A stretch of DNA of 64,000 bases from Planctomycetota bacterium (lineage in GTDB: Bacteria; Planctomycetota; UBA1135; UBA2386). Where the stretch lies: positions 5,056,001-5,120,000 of the forward strand of contig OZ245006.1 in NCBI GenBank assembly GCA_965223545.1, read 5' to 3'. Position numbers and translations under genes: made by a program. Positions within the stretch are counted from its first letter, which is position 1. Every line of letters starts with the position of its first letter. The notes below the pieces were generated by a model. That model was given only the letters and a program-made list of their open reading frames with translations, was not told the origin of the DNA and did not search any database. This document shows, one piece after another, positions 41,459-51,772 of this stretch.

Positions 41459-41677
41459 CTAACCCACCATACTCACGGCGACCAGGGTGTTGCCCTGACG
41501 CTCGATCGCCAGCCCGTCTGCCATGGCGAGGCGACCGATCTCATCGAGCAGTGCCGCGCGCGCGTCCTCGACCCAAGGCGCAGGGCCCCGGGCCGATCGG
41601 TCGCGCCGCGCACGGCTCTCGAGATGCGCCAGGCACCCCAGAAGCGCGACGATCTGTGGATCGGTTGATGGTCTCAT
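41459..41677 (-). CDS. Small hypothetical protein
   Basis: 72 aa ORF with GGAG upstream, co-oriented with neighbours. Confidence 0.4.
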   Translation of the reverse strand: MRPSTDPQIVALLGCLAHLESRARRDRSARGPAPWVEDARAALLDEIGRLAMADGLAIERQGNTLVAVSMVG

Positions 41678-41720
41678 TCGTGTCTCCCACCACCGAATAG
41701 TCCCGCCGCCGGGCGAAGTT

Positions 41721-42656
41721 TCAGCCCTGCTCTTCGAGCCAGCGCTCGGCCTCGATCGCGGCCATGCAGCCGGTGCCCGCCGCGGTCACCGCTTGGCGGT
41801 AGTAGCTGTCCTGGCAGTCGCCGCAGGCGAACACGCCGGCGACGTTGGTCGCCGTCTTACCGGGAACCGTGCGCAGGTAGCCGTTGTCGTCCATGTCGAG
41901 CTGGCCCTTGAACAGGTCGGTGTTGGGCTTGTGGCCGATCGCCAAGAACAGCCCGTCGGAGTCGACCCGCTGCTTCTCACCGGAGGCCGAGTGGGTCAGC
42001 TCGAGGCCGTCGACGGCGCCCTTCTCCACGTCGAAGACGTCGGTGACGTTCTGCTGCCAGAGGACCTCGATCTTGGGGTTGTCGATCGCACGTTGCGCCA
42101 TGATCTTGCTGGCGCGCAGCTCGTCGCGGCGCACGACCATGTAGACCTTGCTGGCGTACCGCGTGAGAAAGGTCGCCTCTTCGCAGGCCGAGTCGCCGCC
42201 ACCGACGACGTGGACTACCTTGTCCTTGAAGAAGAAGCCGTCGCAGGTGGCGCACGCCGAGACGCCGCGGCCCTGCAGCTTGGTCTCGTTCTCCAAGCCC
42301 AGATACAGGGCCGACGCACCCGTGCTGATGATCAGCGTCTCGCATTCGAATGTGGAATCGGCGCTGGTGCGCACGGTGAAGGGACGCTTGGCGAGGTCCA
42401 CCGATTCGGCGTTCTCCTGGACGACTTCGGTGCCGAAGCGCTCTGCCTGGCGGCGAAACTGCTCCATCATCTCCGGCCCCATGATGCCGTCCGGGTAGCC
42501 CGGGTAGTTCTCGACATCGGTGGTGATGGTGAGCTGGCCGCCCGGTTGGTTGCCGCTCAGCAAGAGCGGGTTCAGCATGGCCCGGGCCGCGTAGATCGCT
42601 GCAGTGTAGCCGGCCGGGCCGGAGCCCAGGATGAGGGTCTTTCTTGGATCGCTCAT
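41721..42656 (-). CDS. trxB: Thioredoxin reductase
   Basis: GSGPAGYTAA, GGQL, CATCDG, GGGDSA and GVFACGD motifs. Confidence 0.97.
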   Translation of the reverse strand: MSDPRKTLILGSGPAGYTAAIYAARAMLNPLLLSGNQPGGQLTITTDVENYPGYPDGIMGPEMMEQFRRQAERFGTEVVQENAESVDLAKRPFTVRTSADSTFECETLIISTGASALYLGLENETKLQGRGVSACATCDGFFFKDKVVHVVGGGDSACEEATFLTRYASKVYMVVRRDELRASKIMAQRAIDNPKIEVLWQQNVTDVFDVEKGAVDGLELTHSASGEKQRVDSDGLFLAIGHKPNTDLFKGQLDMDDNGYLRTVPGKTATNVAGVFACGDCQDSYYRQAVTAAGTGCMAAIEAERWLEEQG

Positions 42657-42702
42657 GGTGCTGCGGTTGCGTCACGCCGCAAGGGCGCGCGAGCCGCGCA
42701 CC

Positions 42703-43167
42703 TTACCGGATCGGCCTGGCCGGCAGAGAGGGGATTCTGGCGAGCTCGTCCGGCGTCATGCGGCGCGGGTCGATGCGCACGCTGCCGTTCGGGTTGAAGC
42801 GACGCTCGTGGTTGAACGCGGTGGTGGCGACGAGGTCGACGCGCAGCTGGCCGTCCTCGCGCACCAAGACGAAGGTGCGCTCGGCGTCGCCGCTGTTGGG
42901 GTCGCGCACGGTGAGCAGGATCTCGGGATCACGGCGCTCGTGCGCGACGACCACGAGCCGTTGTTTCCCGGTCGTGCGGTGCATCGGCAAGTGGGGAATC
43001 AGCTGGCGCGACTCGCGGCTGAGCACCGCGCGCAGGCCGGCGCGGTCGCCCGCGAACAAGGCGTCCTGATAGCGGGCGAACACCAGCTGTGATTGTTCGA
43101 ATGCGTGATGATCGGCGCAGCCGAGCAGCGGCAGCAGGGCGAGGACCGCGGGGAGAGGAGCGCGCAT
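42703..43167 (-). CDS. Hypothetical lipoprotein
   Basis: Signal peptide with lipobox LLGC. Confidence 0.65.
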   Translation of the reverse strand: MRAPLPAVLALLPLLGCADHHAFEQSQLVFARYQDALFAGDRAGLRAVLSRESRQLIPHLPMHRTTGKQRLVVVAHERRDPEILLTVRDPNSGDAERTFVLVREDGQLRVDLVATTAFNHERRFNPNGSVRIDPRRMTPDELARIPSLPARPIR

Positions 43168-43358
43168 ATCGCTTGCATCGGCCCGCTGGCAAGGGCGCTT
43201 GAGTCGACCGGTTCCGGCTCGTCGGAATGGGGCCCGAAAGGCACCGAGCGCCATCGGTCGGTTGCGGTCAACCGGACAGGGGCGTGACGCGGCGGGCTGC
43301 GGCGGCTATCGGTATAGGGGCCCGGGAATCGTTCCGTTACCGCGCGCCGGGGCACCGC

Positions 43359-45017
43359 ATGCACCGTCTCCTACTCGTCGCCCTCTGCTTGGTCACCGCC
43401 TGCGGCGGCTCGTCGCGGACCGGGGGCGGGCCGCCGCCGCCCGGCCCGGGCGGCCCGCCGGGCACCGGCGGACCGCCGCCAGTGGCATCGGGAGTGACGT
43501 ACTGGGTCGACGCGGCGCGCGGCTCGGACGACGCCGACGGGAGATCGCCGGCTTCGGCGTTCCAAACGCTGCACCGGGGGGTGCGCGCGCTGGACGCGGC
43601 GGGTGGCGACGAGCTTTGGCTGTCCGGGACGTTTCGCGAGACCCTGACCTTGAGCGGCATCAACGGTGGTGGGTCTGTGCCTCCGGATCCCAGCCGGCCG
43701 ACGATCATCCGGTGTGCGGAAGATGGCGCGGGTCGACCGGTGCCGGCGGTGATCGATGGCGGTGTGGTGGGCGCGGCGGCGTTCCCCTTCGACCAGCGCG
43801 GACTACCGCCGGGCTTCGGTCCGGGCCAGGGAAACTATCTGGACCGCGGTATCTCGATTGCACAGTGCAACTACATCACGGTCTCGGGCATTCGTGTGCG
43901 CGGCATCGCGGGGGACGCGGTCTACGCCTGGCGGTCTTCGCACCTGCGGTTCGAAGGGCTCACCACCGAGTGGAACGCGTTGTCGGCGATCAAGGTGGTC
44001 AACGGCAAGCGCGTCGACCCACCGGTGTTCGACATCACCGTCGCCCACTGTGACGTGCGGCAGTCGAACCTCGGGCTCTGGGCCAACAAGGCCCTCGGTC
44101 AGGGCTTCAGCATGCAGACCGAAACGGTGTCGTTGGCCGAAGTGCACGGCTTCTCGGTCTACGGCAATCGGTTGCGCAACTCGTTGATGGCGGGGATCGA
44201 CTTCAAGTTCAGCTCGCGCGACGGGCTGATCTACGACAACGACCTCGAGAACATGCGCGCCGCGGCGATCTACGCCAACGAGGGGGACGCCACGCGGATC
44301 TTCCACAACGTGGTCCGACACGTCGGCTACTACGATCCGGAGGATGGCTCTGGCCTGCAGAACGCCAACCAATATCTCGGCCAACGCGGCGGCACCGCCG
44401 CGGGCAGCGAGGACGGTGCGGTCGGAATCCTCATCGCGAACGGAGACCTGCCGCCGTTCGTCGAGTACGAATCGGGCCGGAGCTCGGGCATCGAGGTGTT
44501 CGAGAACACGGTCAGCTGGACGCGGCGGGGCGGCATCGTGGTCTGGAACCAGTGGCTGCGGCAGGGTCGTTCGGGTTGGCAGCTCGACGACCTGCACATC
44601 TACAACAACGTCGTGCACGGTGCCTGCCAGGCGCCCAACTCGGCCACGTTCGGCATCTTCGTCGACGACGGGGTCAGCAACTCGCTGGTCGCCAACAACA
44701 TCGTGACCGCGTGCCCGTCCCCGGCGATCGGCGTCGGCACCGCGGTCTCGCCGATCCTCGCCAGCACCGTACGGGTCACGCACAACCTGTTGTGGGGCAA
44801 CGTCGCGGGCGGCGCTCCCGGCGCCAGCGCCGTGTTCGCCGACCCGAGATTCGTGCGCAGGCCGGGCGCGGTGGGGGCTGCCGAGGACTTCCGGTTGCTA
44901 CCGGCGAGCCCTGCGGTTGGCGCCGGGACGTCCGTGCCACTCGCCAGCGTGGTCGGCGGCGTGGTCGACATCGGCGCGTTTCAGGTCAACGCGCCACCGT
45001 GGCGTCCCTCGCCGTGA
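43359..45017 (+). CDS. Right-handed beta-helix lipoprotein (pectin-lyase-like fold)
   Basis: Lipobox TAC; Pro/Gly linker; YWVD..GSD..DG.S..AFQT; repeated N-rich beta-helix rungs; DFRL..SPA..AG and DIGAF. Confidence 0.8.
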   Translation: MHRLLLVALCLVTACGGSSRTGGGPPPPGPGGPPGTGGPPPVASGVTYWVDAARGSDDADGRSPASAFQTLHRGVRALDAAGGDELWLSGTFRETLTLSGINGGGSVPPDPSRPTIIRCAEDGAGRPVPAVIDGGVVGAAAFPFDQRGLPPGFGPGQGNYLDRGISIAQCNYITVSGIRVRGIAGDAVYAWRSSHLRFEGLTTEWNALSAIKVVNGKRVDPPVFDITVAHCDVRQSNLGLWANKALGQGFSMQTETVSLAEVHGFSVYGNRLRNSLMAGIDFKFSSRDGLIYDNDLENMRAAAIYANEGDATRIFHNVVRHVGYYDPEDGSGLQNANQYLGQRGGTAAGSEDGAVGILIANGDLPPFVEYESGRSSGIEVFENTVSWTRRGGIVVWNQWLRQGRSGWQLDDLHIYNNVVHGACQAPNSATFGIFVDDGVSNSLVANNIVTACPSPAIGVGTAVSPILASTVRVTHNLLWGNVAGGAPGASAVFADPRFVRRPGAVGAAEDFRLLPASPAVGAGTSVPLASVVGGVVDIGAFQVNAPPWRPSP

Positions 45018-45051
45018 CGTGACACCTCGTGCCGGCTGTCCGGCAACCGCG

Positions 45052-46287
45052 CTACAGGCCGGCGCTGCCGGCACGGCGTTGTCTGTAGCGGCCCACCATA
45101 TGGCGAACGCGTTCGATGACGGCGGGATCGTGGATCAACCGGACGTCGTTGTTCGTGTTGTTGACGTGGCCGAACCTGACTTCACCGCGGACGATCGTCA
45201 CGCCGCGAATCTGGATCTTCGCGTCGCCGGCGCGAAACCTCCCAGTGACGTAGACCACACCGTTCAAGTGCGCCACCGACCCCGCGTCGTCGTCGAGATC
45301 GCCGTCCACGACGAGAAGGGTGTCGTCGAGCGTCAGGTCGCCCATGAACCGCAGACCGCCGGCGACGAACACCAGCTTGCCCTCGCCGTTCTGCTCGTTG
45401 GTGTGCAGCCATTCGACGAGCTTGTGCATGTTGGCGCGCTGGCTGCCGGCCTCGATGATCGCATCGCTGTAGGCGCGAAGCTCGTCGAGCCGCATGCCGA
45501 ACACGGCGCCGCTGCCGGCGTCGTAGACCGGTGCCGCGAGTTCGCTCGGGCTCCCCGTCACCGTGGTCGGGTCGGCGATGGTCGTGGAATCGACGATCGC
45601 GACCGGCAGAGTCGCCGGATCTCGGTAGGCGATCGCGGCGCCGCTCGTTCCATCGATGAAGCCCTGCGGCCCGATGACCACGTCGCCGGGTGCATCTACG
45701 CAGAGCGCGGCCGGGACCGGCGGGTTGACGTGCAGCCAACGCAGCTCTGATGTGATGCTCGTGCTGCCGACCTGCTGGTTGGGCTCAGCGTCGAACGGGA
45801 CGGACGGATCACGCCGCCGGTAGACGTAGCTACGCACCCCGATCTCCCACGCGCTTCCCGGGGCCAAGTCTCCGCGCTGGGTGCTGATATCGCTCACCTC
45901 GCCGTGCCGCACTTCGTAGCGGCCCCACAGGTCGCCGCGAATCTCGAACTCGCGCACGAGACCCACCGTCGGATCGATGGTCTCGATGCGCGGTGGGTTG
46001 GCGGACGGGTCGAGTGCTGGGTCGAAAGCGGAGATCGGTTGGCTCGACCGGCTGCGGAACCAACCGACGGCATCTTGCAGCCCCGAGCGGGCGAACGTCT
46101 CCGCCAGCGATGCGCGGTTGTAGCGGGCGTCGCGCTCGCCGCGACGCGCCGCCATGAACGCGGTGTGGCTGACCACCATGCTGGTGGTGATGATCACGAA
46201 CAGGAGCGCCCAGATCAGCGCGCTGCCGCGTTGGGCAGTCGGTGCCCGCAATTGGCTACAACTGGAATGATGCGCGCCTCGCTCCAT
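45052..46287 (-). CDS. PilX-like pilin-associated protein (copy 2)
   Basis: QRG-SALIWALLFVII prepilin-like start; AETFARSGLQDA; C-terminal beta-solenoid-like LVVDGDL/GVVYVTG. Confidence 0.72.
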   Translation of the reverse strand: MERGAHHSSCSQLRAPTAQRGSALIWALLFVIITTSMVVSHTAFMAARRGERDARYNRASLAETFARSGLQDAVGWFRSRSSQPISAFDPALDPSANPPRIETIDPTVGLVREFEIRGDLWGRYEVRHGEVSDISTQRGDLAPGSAWEIGVRSYVYRRRDPSVPFDAEPNQQVGSTSITSELRWLHVNPPVPAALCVDAPGDVVIGPQGFIDGTSGAAIAYRDPATLPVAIVDSTTIADPTTVTGSPSELAAPVYDAGSGAVFGMRLDELRAYSDAIIEAGSQRANMHKLVEWLHTNEQNGEGKLVFVAGGLRFMGDLTLDDTLLVVDGDLDDDAGSVAHLNGVVYVTGRFRAGDAKIQIRGVTIVRGEVRFGHVNNTNNDVRLIHDPAVIERVRHMVGRYRQRRAGSAGL

Positions 46288-46293
46288 CGCCGA

Positions 46294-47256
46294 TCACTCC
46301 TCGCGGAACCCGATCTGGCGGGTCGCTTCCGCGGCGGCGATGCGCTGCTGCGGCCCCTCGGGAGTGGACGCCACCAGGCGCACGATCAGCAGGCCGCCGG
46401 ACGCGTCGCCGCTGATCTTGGTCTCGAAGCCGTGCGGAAACGTCGCCGTCGCCCGCGCGAACGCCGGCACCTGCGCGGCGACGCAGCCGTTGCGCGCGAC
46501 GATCAGGTTGCGGCGGCTGAACATGCCGAGCTCGGTCTCGGTGGGGTCGCCGGCGAGCCGCTCGTCTACAGGCATCAGCAGTGTGCTGCCGTCGGGCTCG
46601 ATCGTGCGGAACGCGGTCGCCGCCGGCTCGTGCGGGTCCCAGGTGTACCGGACGCCCTGTTGATACAGACCCAGCGCCAGCCGGGTGCGCCGGTCGACGG
46701 GAGTGATCGCCATCAGGTCCGGAAGGCGAGCCATCGGAGCGCTGGTCCAGCGGCTGAGATCCGGTTGGCCCGCGGGTCCGGCCTCGGGGAACCAGCAGAC
46801 CAGGCGAAGCACGTCCACCCGGAGCAGGTCCGTCGGTGCTCCGACGTCGGCGGCGTCGACCAGGGCGTGGCCGTCGCGAACACCGAGGAACAACACGTTG
46901 CCGGTGTAGACCGCGTCGGGTGGGTCGATCCCGAAGCTGGCGTCGGGCGACAACACCGGCATGCGGTTGCCGCTCAACGGTGTGCGGTCGCCGAGTCCCA
47001 TCCGCGCCAGGTAGGCGCGAGACGCACCGTCCTCGGTGTACAGCTGCATCGCCCGGCCCGCGTCGTTCTCGATCATGGCGGCGACGCGCTCGACCAGGGA
47101 GGCGGCCCGCATCTTGTCCTTGACCAAGTTCTGCGAGGCGGCGAGACCGCGCAGGGACTCGACGATCACGGCCGACATCACCACGAGCGCGACGCAGACC
47201 GCGGAGATCTCGACCAGGGACAGTCCGTGTTCGGATTGACGGCGATGGTGGATCAT
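46294..47256 (-). CDS. Prepilin-type N-terminal cleavage protein (PilW/PulJ-like)
   Basis: HG-LSLVEISAVCVALVV type IV prepilin motif; ATGA overlap with the upstream gene. Confidence 0.75.
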   Translation of the reverse strand: MIHHRRQSEHGLSLVEISAVCVALVVMSAVIVESLRGLAASQNLVKDKMRAASLVERVAAMIENDAGRAMQLYTEDGASRAYLARMGLGDRTPLSGNRMPVLSPDASFGIDPPDAVYTGNVLFLGVRDGHALVDAADVGAPTDLLRVDVLRLVCWFPEAGPAGQPDLSRWTSAPMARLPDLMAITPVDRRTRLALGLYQQGVRYTWDPHEPAATAFRTIEPDGSTLLMPVDERLAGDPTETELGMFSRRNLIVARNGCVAAQVPAFARATATFPHGFETKISGDASGGLLIVRLVASTPEGPQQRIAAAEATRQIGFREE

Positions 47257-50200
47257 GGCGTGGTCCTCCGCACGGTGAACTCCAACTCGTGGTGCGACGG
47301 GTGAAGCTCGCCGCTTGCGTGGAAGCAATCGACCCGAGCGACGTAGTCTCCTGCCGGGAAGTTATCGGCACTCAGCACCATCAGATATGACTCGTCGCCC
47401 GGCCCCGCGTCGGCGAAGCGGCGCAGGATGGCGTCGGGCGGCGATCCCGGTGTCGCCGGTGTCTGATCGATGGCGTGGAACCAAAGGCCGTTGGCGACGT
47501 TCTGATAGGAGATCACGTAGTAGAGATCCGGCTCCTGCTCGTCGGCCGGGTCCGGGTAGGCAGCCGTGAACGGCTCGCGGTCGAACCGCACGAACGACGT
47601 CGACCACGTCAGTGGCAGGACGCTCGGGTTGACGAGGATCTCGTCGGGATCGGGGGTAACGAACTCGACCACCGGCGTGTGGTTCGCGACCGTGGCCAGC
47701 GGACGCGGCGCACCCGCGACGTGCAGTGCCCGCAGCCCGTAGAGGAACGCGCGGAAGCACGCGGCCTGGTGGTCGGCGGCCGACGCCGGCGACTCGCCGA
47801 ACGGCACGAAGTAGGCGGTCAGTCCGGTGGTCACCGGGTGGTCGAGCGCGATCACGGCGGCGCCGTGTCCTTCGGCCCCGGCGGTGGAGAAGCTCTCGAG
47901 CAGTGCCGCCGAGTGGTCCGGGTAGACGTCGGGGAAGGCGCGCTGCGGCAGGATCGAAGTGATCGTGCCGGCGAGAGTGAACGGCAGCTCGGCACTGACT
48001 GACGACGGCGTCATCACACCGAGCCGATCGGCCAGGGTGTCGACGTCGGCGACGAGCGTGGCGGCGCCACCGGCCGACAGGGTCGCGGCCAGTGCGTTGT
48101 CCGGCGCCCCCTTCTGCAAGAGGCTGGCGGCGCCGGCGTCCCCGAGGGTGCTGCCACTGGGCTGCTCGAAGCTGGTCCCCATCGGCAGTCCCGAGAGGCT
48201 CGTCGTGCAGCGGACCTCGCGGTGGATACCGCTGCTGGTGCGCAGGTTGCCGTCGGCACGGAAGGCGAGCAGGTCACTCGGCCGGAACAGCTCCGCCATC
48301 CACGGCTTGACCCAGAACGGCGAGGTGGAATCGACCAGGACTGGTCGGCCGAAGCGCTCGCTGGCGCCGAAGGTCGATGGGCTGCTGATGTCGTCGACGG
48401 CGACCGGGCTGGCGGCGCCGTAGAAGTCACCGTGCACCAGCACCGGGTTGACCGCGTCGGTGCCGCCGGGCAGCGCGATCTCGCCTCCGAGCAAGAGTCG
48501 GCCGGCGAGGCGTCCACCCGGGTTGATGAACACCGCCCCCGTCTGCTGCAGGACGTCGCGCCAGACTTGCAGCATGCGCGGCGCGTCTTCGATCACGCCG
48601 TTCAGACCGTCGGCCAGGCGCGAGCCGTCGAGCGACGGCCAGACGCCCTGCATGTTGCCGTTGGCGGGCGACTCGAGATCGTCGAACCACCAGTTGTGGC
48701 CGTTCTTGAACGCGGTGCCGAGCTGGGTGTTGTCGATGTACGGGTTGTGGCGCGGGTCGCCGAGGAACTGGTAGCGCTCGGTGATCGGCACGTCGTTCGG
48801 GTCGGTGCTCCACCAGGCGTATGTGATCGTCACGTTCTCCGGCTGGTTCGGCGTCGGCCAGACGCGGCCGGTCGTGGCGTCCGTGCCGATGCGGGTCGTG
48901 CCGGTGATCACCGACGCGTTCGGCATCTCGCGCTCGAGCGCGGTCTGCGGAATGCGGATGCGCCAGCGCATCGTGTTCTTCGGCTGCGACGGCGACGCCT
49001 CGTTGAGCAGGTTCATGTAGCCGCCGGTGTTCCACACCGGCGACGGCACGTAGTCGGTGCCGTAGAGCCACGAGTTGGAGGCCATGCCCTCGGCGCCGAC
49101 ATCCGGGCAGGCGAGTGGCGTGTTGTAGAGCTTGATGAACGTGTGCGGCGTCGGGACGGCGCTGTATCCGACCTCGTAGTACATCTCGTAGGCGCGGGCC
49201 GCGGCGGCAGAGCTCAGCGCCGTGCCGAACCCGTACTTTCCGCCGGCCGGGGTGCCGGCGGCCCCCGTATCGGGGTGCACACCGCCGGTCTGGTTGTCGA
49301 CGACCAAGTCGCCGCTGAAGTCGCCACCGGCGATCTCCAGCACGATGGGCTCGCCGAGCACGAGCGCTCCCGCGGTCGGGTCGGTCTTGTACGCGTGCAC
49401 GCGGAATTCGACCGGGTTGCCGCCACCTTGGCGAATGGTGTGCAGGCGCCGTGTGTGGGTGGCGACCCTGACGTCGGGCATGTCCTCGCGGACCGCCGGG
49501 TCGGAGTAGTTGCGCACCGGCGGGAACGGCAGTCCCTCGCCGTGCAGGTTGATGATCAGTGCGTTCTTGAAGCGCGTCGGGTCGGCCGCCATGTCGGCCA
49601 AGAGCAGCTGCAACGGCGGCTCGTCCTCGTTCTCGAGGCCGGCGAGGACGCGCTGCTCGAACAGGGCGCGCGCTTCTGGTTCGCGCATGCAGTGGTTGAA
49701 GCGGTCGGCGACCGCGTGTGGGAACGGATTGACCTCGACGTCGTAGCCGTTGAGGACTCCTGTCTCGGTCCGCACGCGGCCGCTGAACAGCTCGGCGGCG
49801 TACAGGGTGCTCGCGCCGTTGCCGGCGGCGAGCTTGCCCGGGTACCAGTACGCCCACGGTGCCGCGGCATCGGCCGCGGTCTGCTGGTTGACGTAGGGCA
49901 CGTACAGCTCGTTGCGGCCGTAGCCCATCTTGCTGATCCAGTGCAGGCGGAAGCGCACGTTCGGATTGGCGCTCTCGATCGAGCTGGCGGTGGTCTGCAG
50001 CTGGGCGCGCAGGGCGGGGAGCGGCATCCACAGCGATGGGGCCTCGGCGAGCGCCAGCACGTACACGTCGTAGTTCTTGACCGAGGGGTTGTGGGTGACC
50101 GGCACACTGACGATGCCCGCGGTACCGCCGGCGACGAGCACGGTGCCGCGGTCATTCATCCGGTGCAGCTCGATGCGGGCGTAGCGGCTGCGGTCGACGC

Positions 50201-50573
50201 CGGGGATCACCTCCAGCTCGATGGTCCGGTACCACCGCCACTCGCCCTGCGCAGTCTTGCTGTTGCCGGACATGATGTCGGCCGGCGATGCCACGGGGCG
50301 CGTGGTGAGGAACGGGTCGAGCACCGGCCGCGCCATGGCATCCAGGTCGGCCAGGGTGGTGATCCGTCGCTGGTCGATGTCGGACTGCAGCTCGGCGAGC
50401 AGGCCGATGGCCTTGCCGTACGCAAACTGCAGCTCGGCGTCCTCGTTGACCTCGCGCACCGAGATCGCGACCTGCTGCACCAGCAGGGTGACCGACACGC
50501 TGACCATCGCGATCGCGAACAGCAGCTCGATGAACGAGCTGCCTGCGATGCGCCGTCGCGAGCCGGCTCTCAC
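47253..50573 (-). CDS. Large (about 1106 aa) prepilin-motif protein of unknown function
   Basis: AG-SSFIELLFAIAMVSVSV motif; GTG start overlaps the stop of the upstream gene. Confidence 0.75.
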   Translation of the reverse strand: MRAGSRRRIAGSSFIELLFAIAMVSVSVTLLVQQVAISVREVNEDAELQFAYGKAIGLLAELQSDIDQRRITTLADLDAMARPVLDPFLTTRPVASPADIMSGNSKTAQGEWRWYRTIELEVIPGVDRSRYARIELHRMNDRGTVLVAGGTAGIVSVPVTHNPSVKNYDVYVLALAEAPSLWMPLPALRAQLQTTASSIESANPNVRFRLHWISKMGYGRNELYVPYVNQQTAADAAAPWAYWYPGKLAAGNGASTLYAAELFSGRVRTETGVLNGYDVEVNPFPHAVADRFNHCMREPEARALFEQRVLAGLENEDEPPLQLLLADMAADPTRFKNALIINLHGEGLPFPPVRNYSDPAVREDMPDVRVATHTRRLHTIRQGGGNPVEFRVHAYKTDPTAGALVLGEPIVLEIAGGDFSGDLVVDNQTGGVHPDTGAAGTPAGGKYGFGTALSSAAAARAYEMYYEVGYSAVPTPHTFIKLYNTPLACPDVGAEGMASNSWLYGTDYVPSPVWNTGGYMNLLNEASPSQPKNTMRWRIRIPQTALEREMPNASVITGTTRIGTDATTGRVWPTPNQPENVTITYAWWSTDPNDVPITERYQFLGDPRHNPYIDNTQLGTAFKNGHNWWFDDLESPANGNMQGVWPSLDGSRLADGLNGVIEDAPRMLQVWRDVLQQTGAVFINPGGRLAGRLLLGGEIALPGGTDAVNPVLVHGDFYGAASPVAVDDISSPSTFGASERFGRPVLVDSTSPFWVKPWMAELFRPSDLLAFRADGNLRTSSGIHREVRCTTSLSGLPMGTSFEQPSGSTLGDAGAASLLQKGAPDNALAATLSAGGAATLVADVDTLADRLGVMTPSSVSAELPFTLAGTITSILPQRAFPDVYPDHSAALLESFSTAGAEGHGAAVIALDHPVTTGLTAYFVPFGESPASAADHQAACFRAFLYGLRALHVAGAPRPLATVANHTPVVEFVTPDPDEILVNPSVLPLTWSTSFVRFDREPFTAAYPDPADEQEPDLYYVISYQNVANGLWFHAIDQTPATPGSPPDAILRRFADAGPGDESYLMVLSADNFPAGDYVARVDCFHASGELHPSHHELEFTVRRTTP

Positions 50574-51772
50574 AGGCTCGCTCCTCCGGCGCGCCGCTGG
50601 CGGTAGCGGCCGACGCTGGCGCGCACGCGCTCGATCGCCGCGGCGTCGTAGCGCAGCACTATATCCGCGACGTCGCGGTAGTCGCCGAGCTTGACGAACC
50701 CACGGGAGATCATCACGCCGTTGACCTTGAGGATCCCCTCGCCGCTCTTGGTCTCGCCGGTCACGTACAGCACGCCGTCGATCACCGTCTGGTGGCCGAG
50801 GTGGTCGTAGAGCGGGCCGTCGACGACCAACAGGACGTCTTCGAGCGCGATCGTGCCGATCAGGGTCAGGCCGCCGGCGACATAGACCAGCTTGCCGCTG
50901 CGCCGGGTCTCGTCCTCTTCGAGCCACTTGACCAGCGCCCAGGCGTTGGCATCCGGGCCACCCTCGTCGAACAGGGCGTCGCTGTAGGCGCGCAGCTCGT
51001 CCAGACGCATGCCGAACACCGCGCCGGAGTTGGCGTCGTACACGGTCGTCGCCAGTTCGGCAGGGCTTCCGGTCACAGTCGCCTCGGCGTCGAGCGAGGT
51101 GGTGTCCAGCGACATGGTCACGGCCGGGTCGAGGTAGGCGATGGCGGCGCCCCCGCTGCCGTCGATCTCGGCCTGCGCGCCGATGCGCACGTCGGCCGGA
51201 CTGTCGACACACAGGGCGGCCGGCGCCGGCGGGTTGACGTGCAACCAGCGCAGCTCGGAGGTGACCGAAGTGCTGCCCACCTGCAGGTTGGGCTCGGCAT
51301 CGAACGGCGCGGCCGGGTCGCGGCGGCGAAAGATGTAACTGCGCACGCCGATCTCCCAGGCGCTGCCCGGAGCCAGGTCGCCGCGCTGCGAGCTGATGTC
51401 GCTCACTTCCGTGTGCCGGATCTCGTAGCGACCCCAGAGGTCGCCGCGGATCTCGAACTCGCGCACCAGCCCGATGGTCGGATCGATCGTCTCGATCCGC
51501 GGTGGGGTGGCGGTCGGATCGAGGGTCGGATCGAAGGCCGAGATCGGCTGACTCGAGCGGCTGCGGAACCAACCGATCGCGTCTTGTAGCCCGGAGCGGG
51601 CGAAGGTCTCCGCCAGCGAGGCGCGGTTGAAGCGCGCGTCGCGCTCGCCGCGCCGCGCCGCCATGAAGGCGGTGTGGCTCACCACCATGCTGGTGGTGAT
51701 GATCACGAACAGCATCGCCCAGACCAGGGCGCTGCCGCGCTCGTTCGCTCGGTATTGGTTGTGGGCGTTCAG
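50570..51772 (-). CDS. PilX-like pilin-associated protein (copy 1); start uncertain, possibly CTG
   Basis: ERG-SALVWAMLFVII; paralog of 45052-46287. Confidence 0.7.
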   Translation of the reverse strand: MNAHNQYRANERGSALVWAMLFVIITTSMVVSHTAFMAARRGERDARFNRASLAETFARSGLQDAIGWFRSRSSQPISAFDPTLDPTATPPRIETIDPTIGLVREFEIRGDLWGRYEIRHTEVSDISSQRGDLAPGSAWEIGVRSYIFRRRDPAAPFDAEPNLQVGSTSVTSELRWLHVNPPAPAALCVDSPADVRIGAQAEIDGSGGAAIAYLDPAVTMSLDTTSLDAEATVTGSPAELATTVYDANSGAVFGMRLDELRAYSDALFDEGGPDANAWALVKWLEEDETRRSGKLVYVAGGLTLIGTIALEDVLLVVDGPLYDHLGHQTVIDGVLYVTGETKSGEGILKVNGVMISRGFVKLGDYRDVADIVLRYDAAAIERVRASVGRYRQRRAGGASL

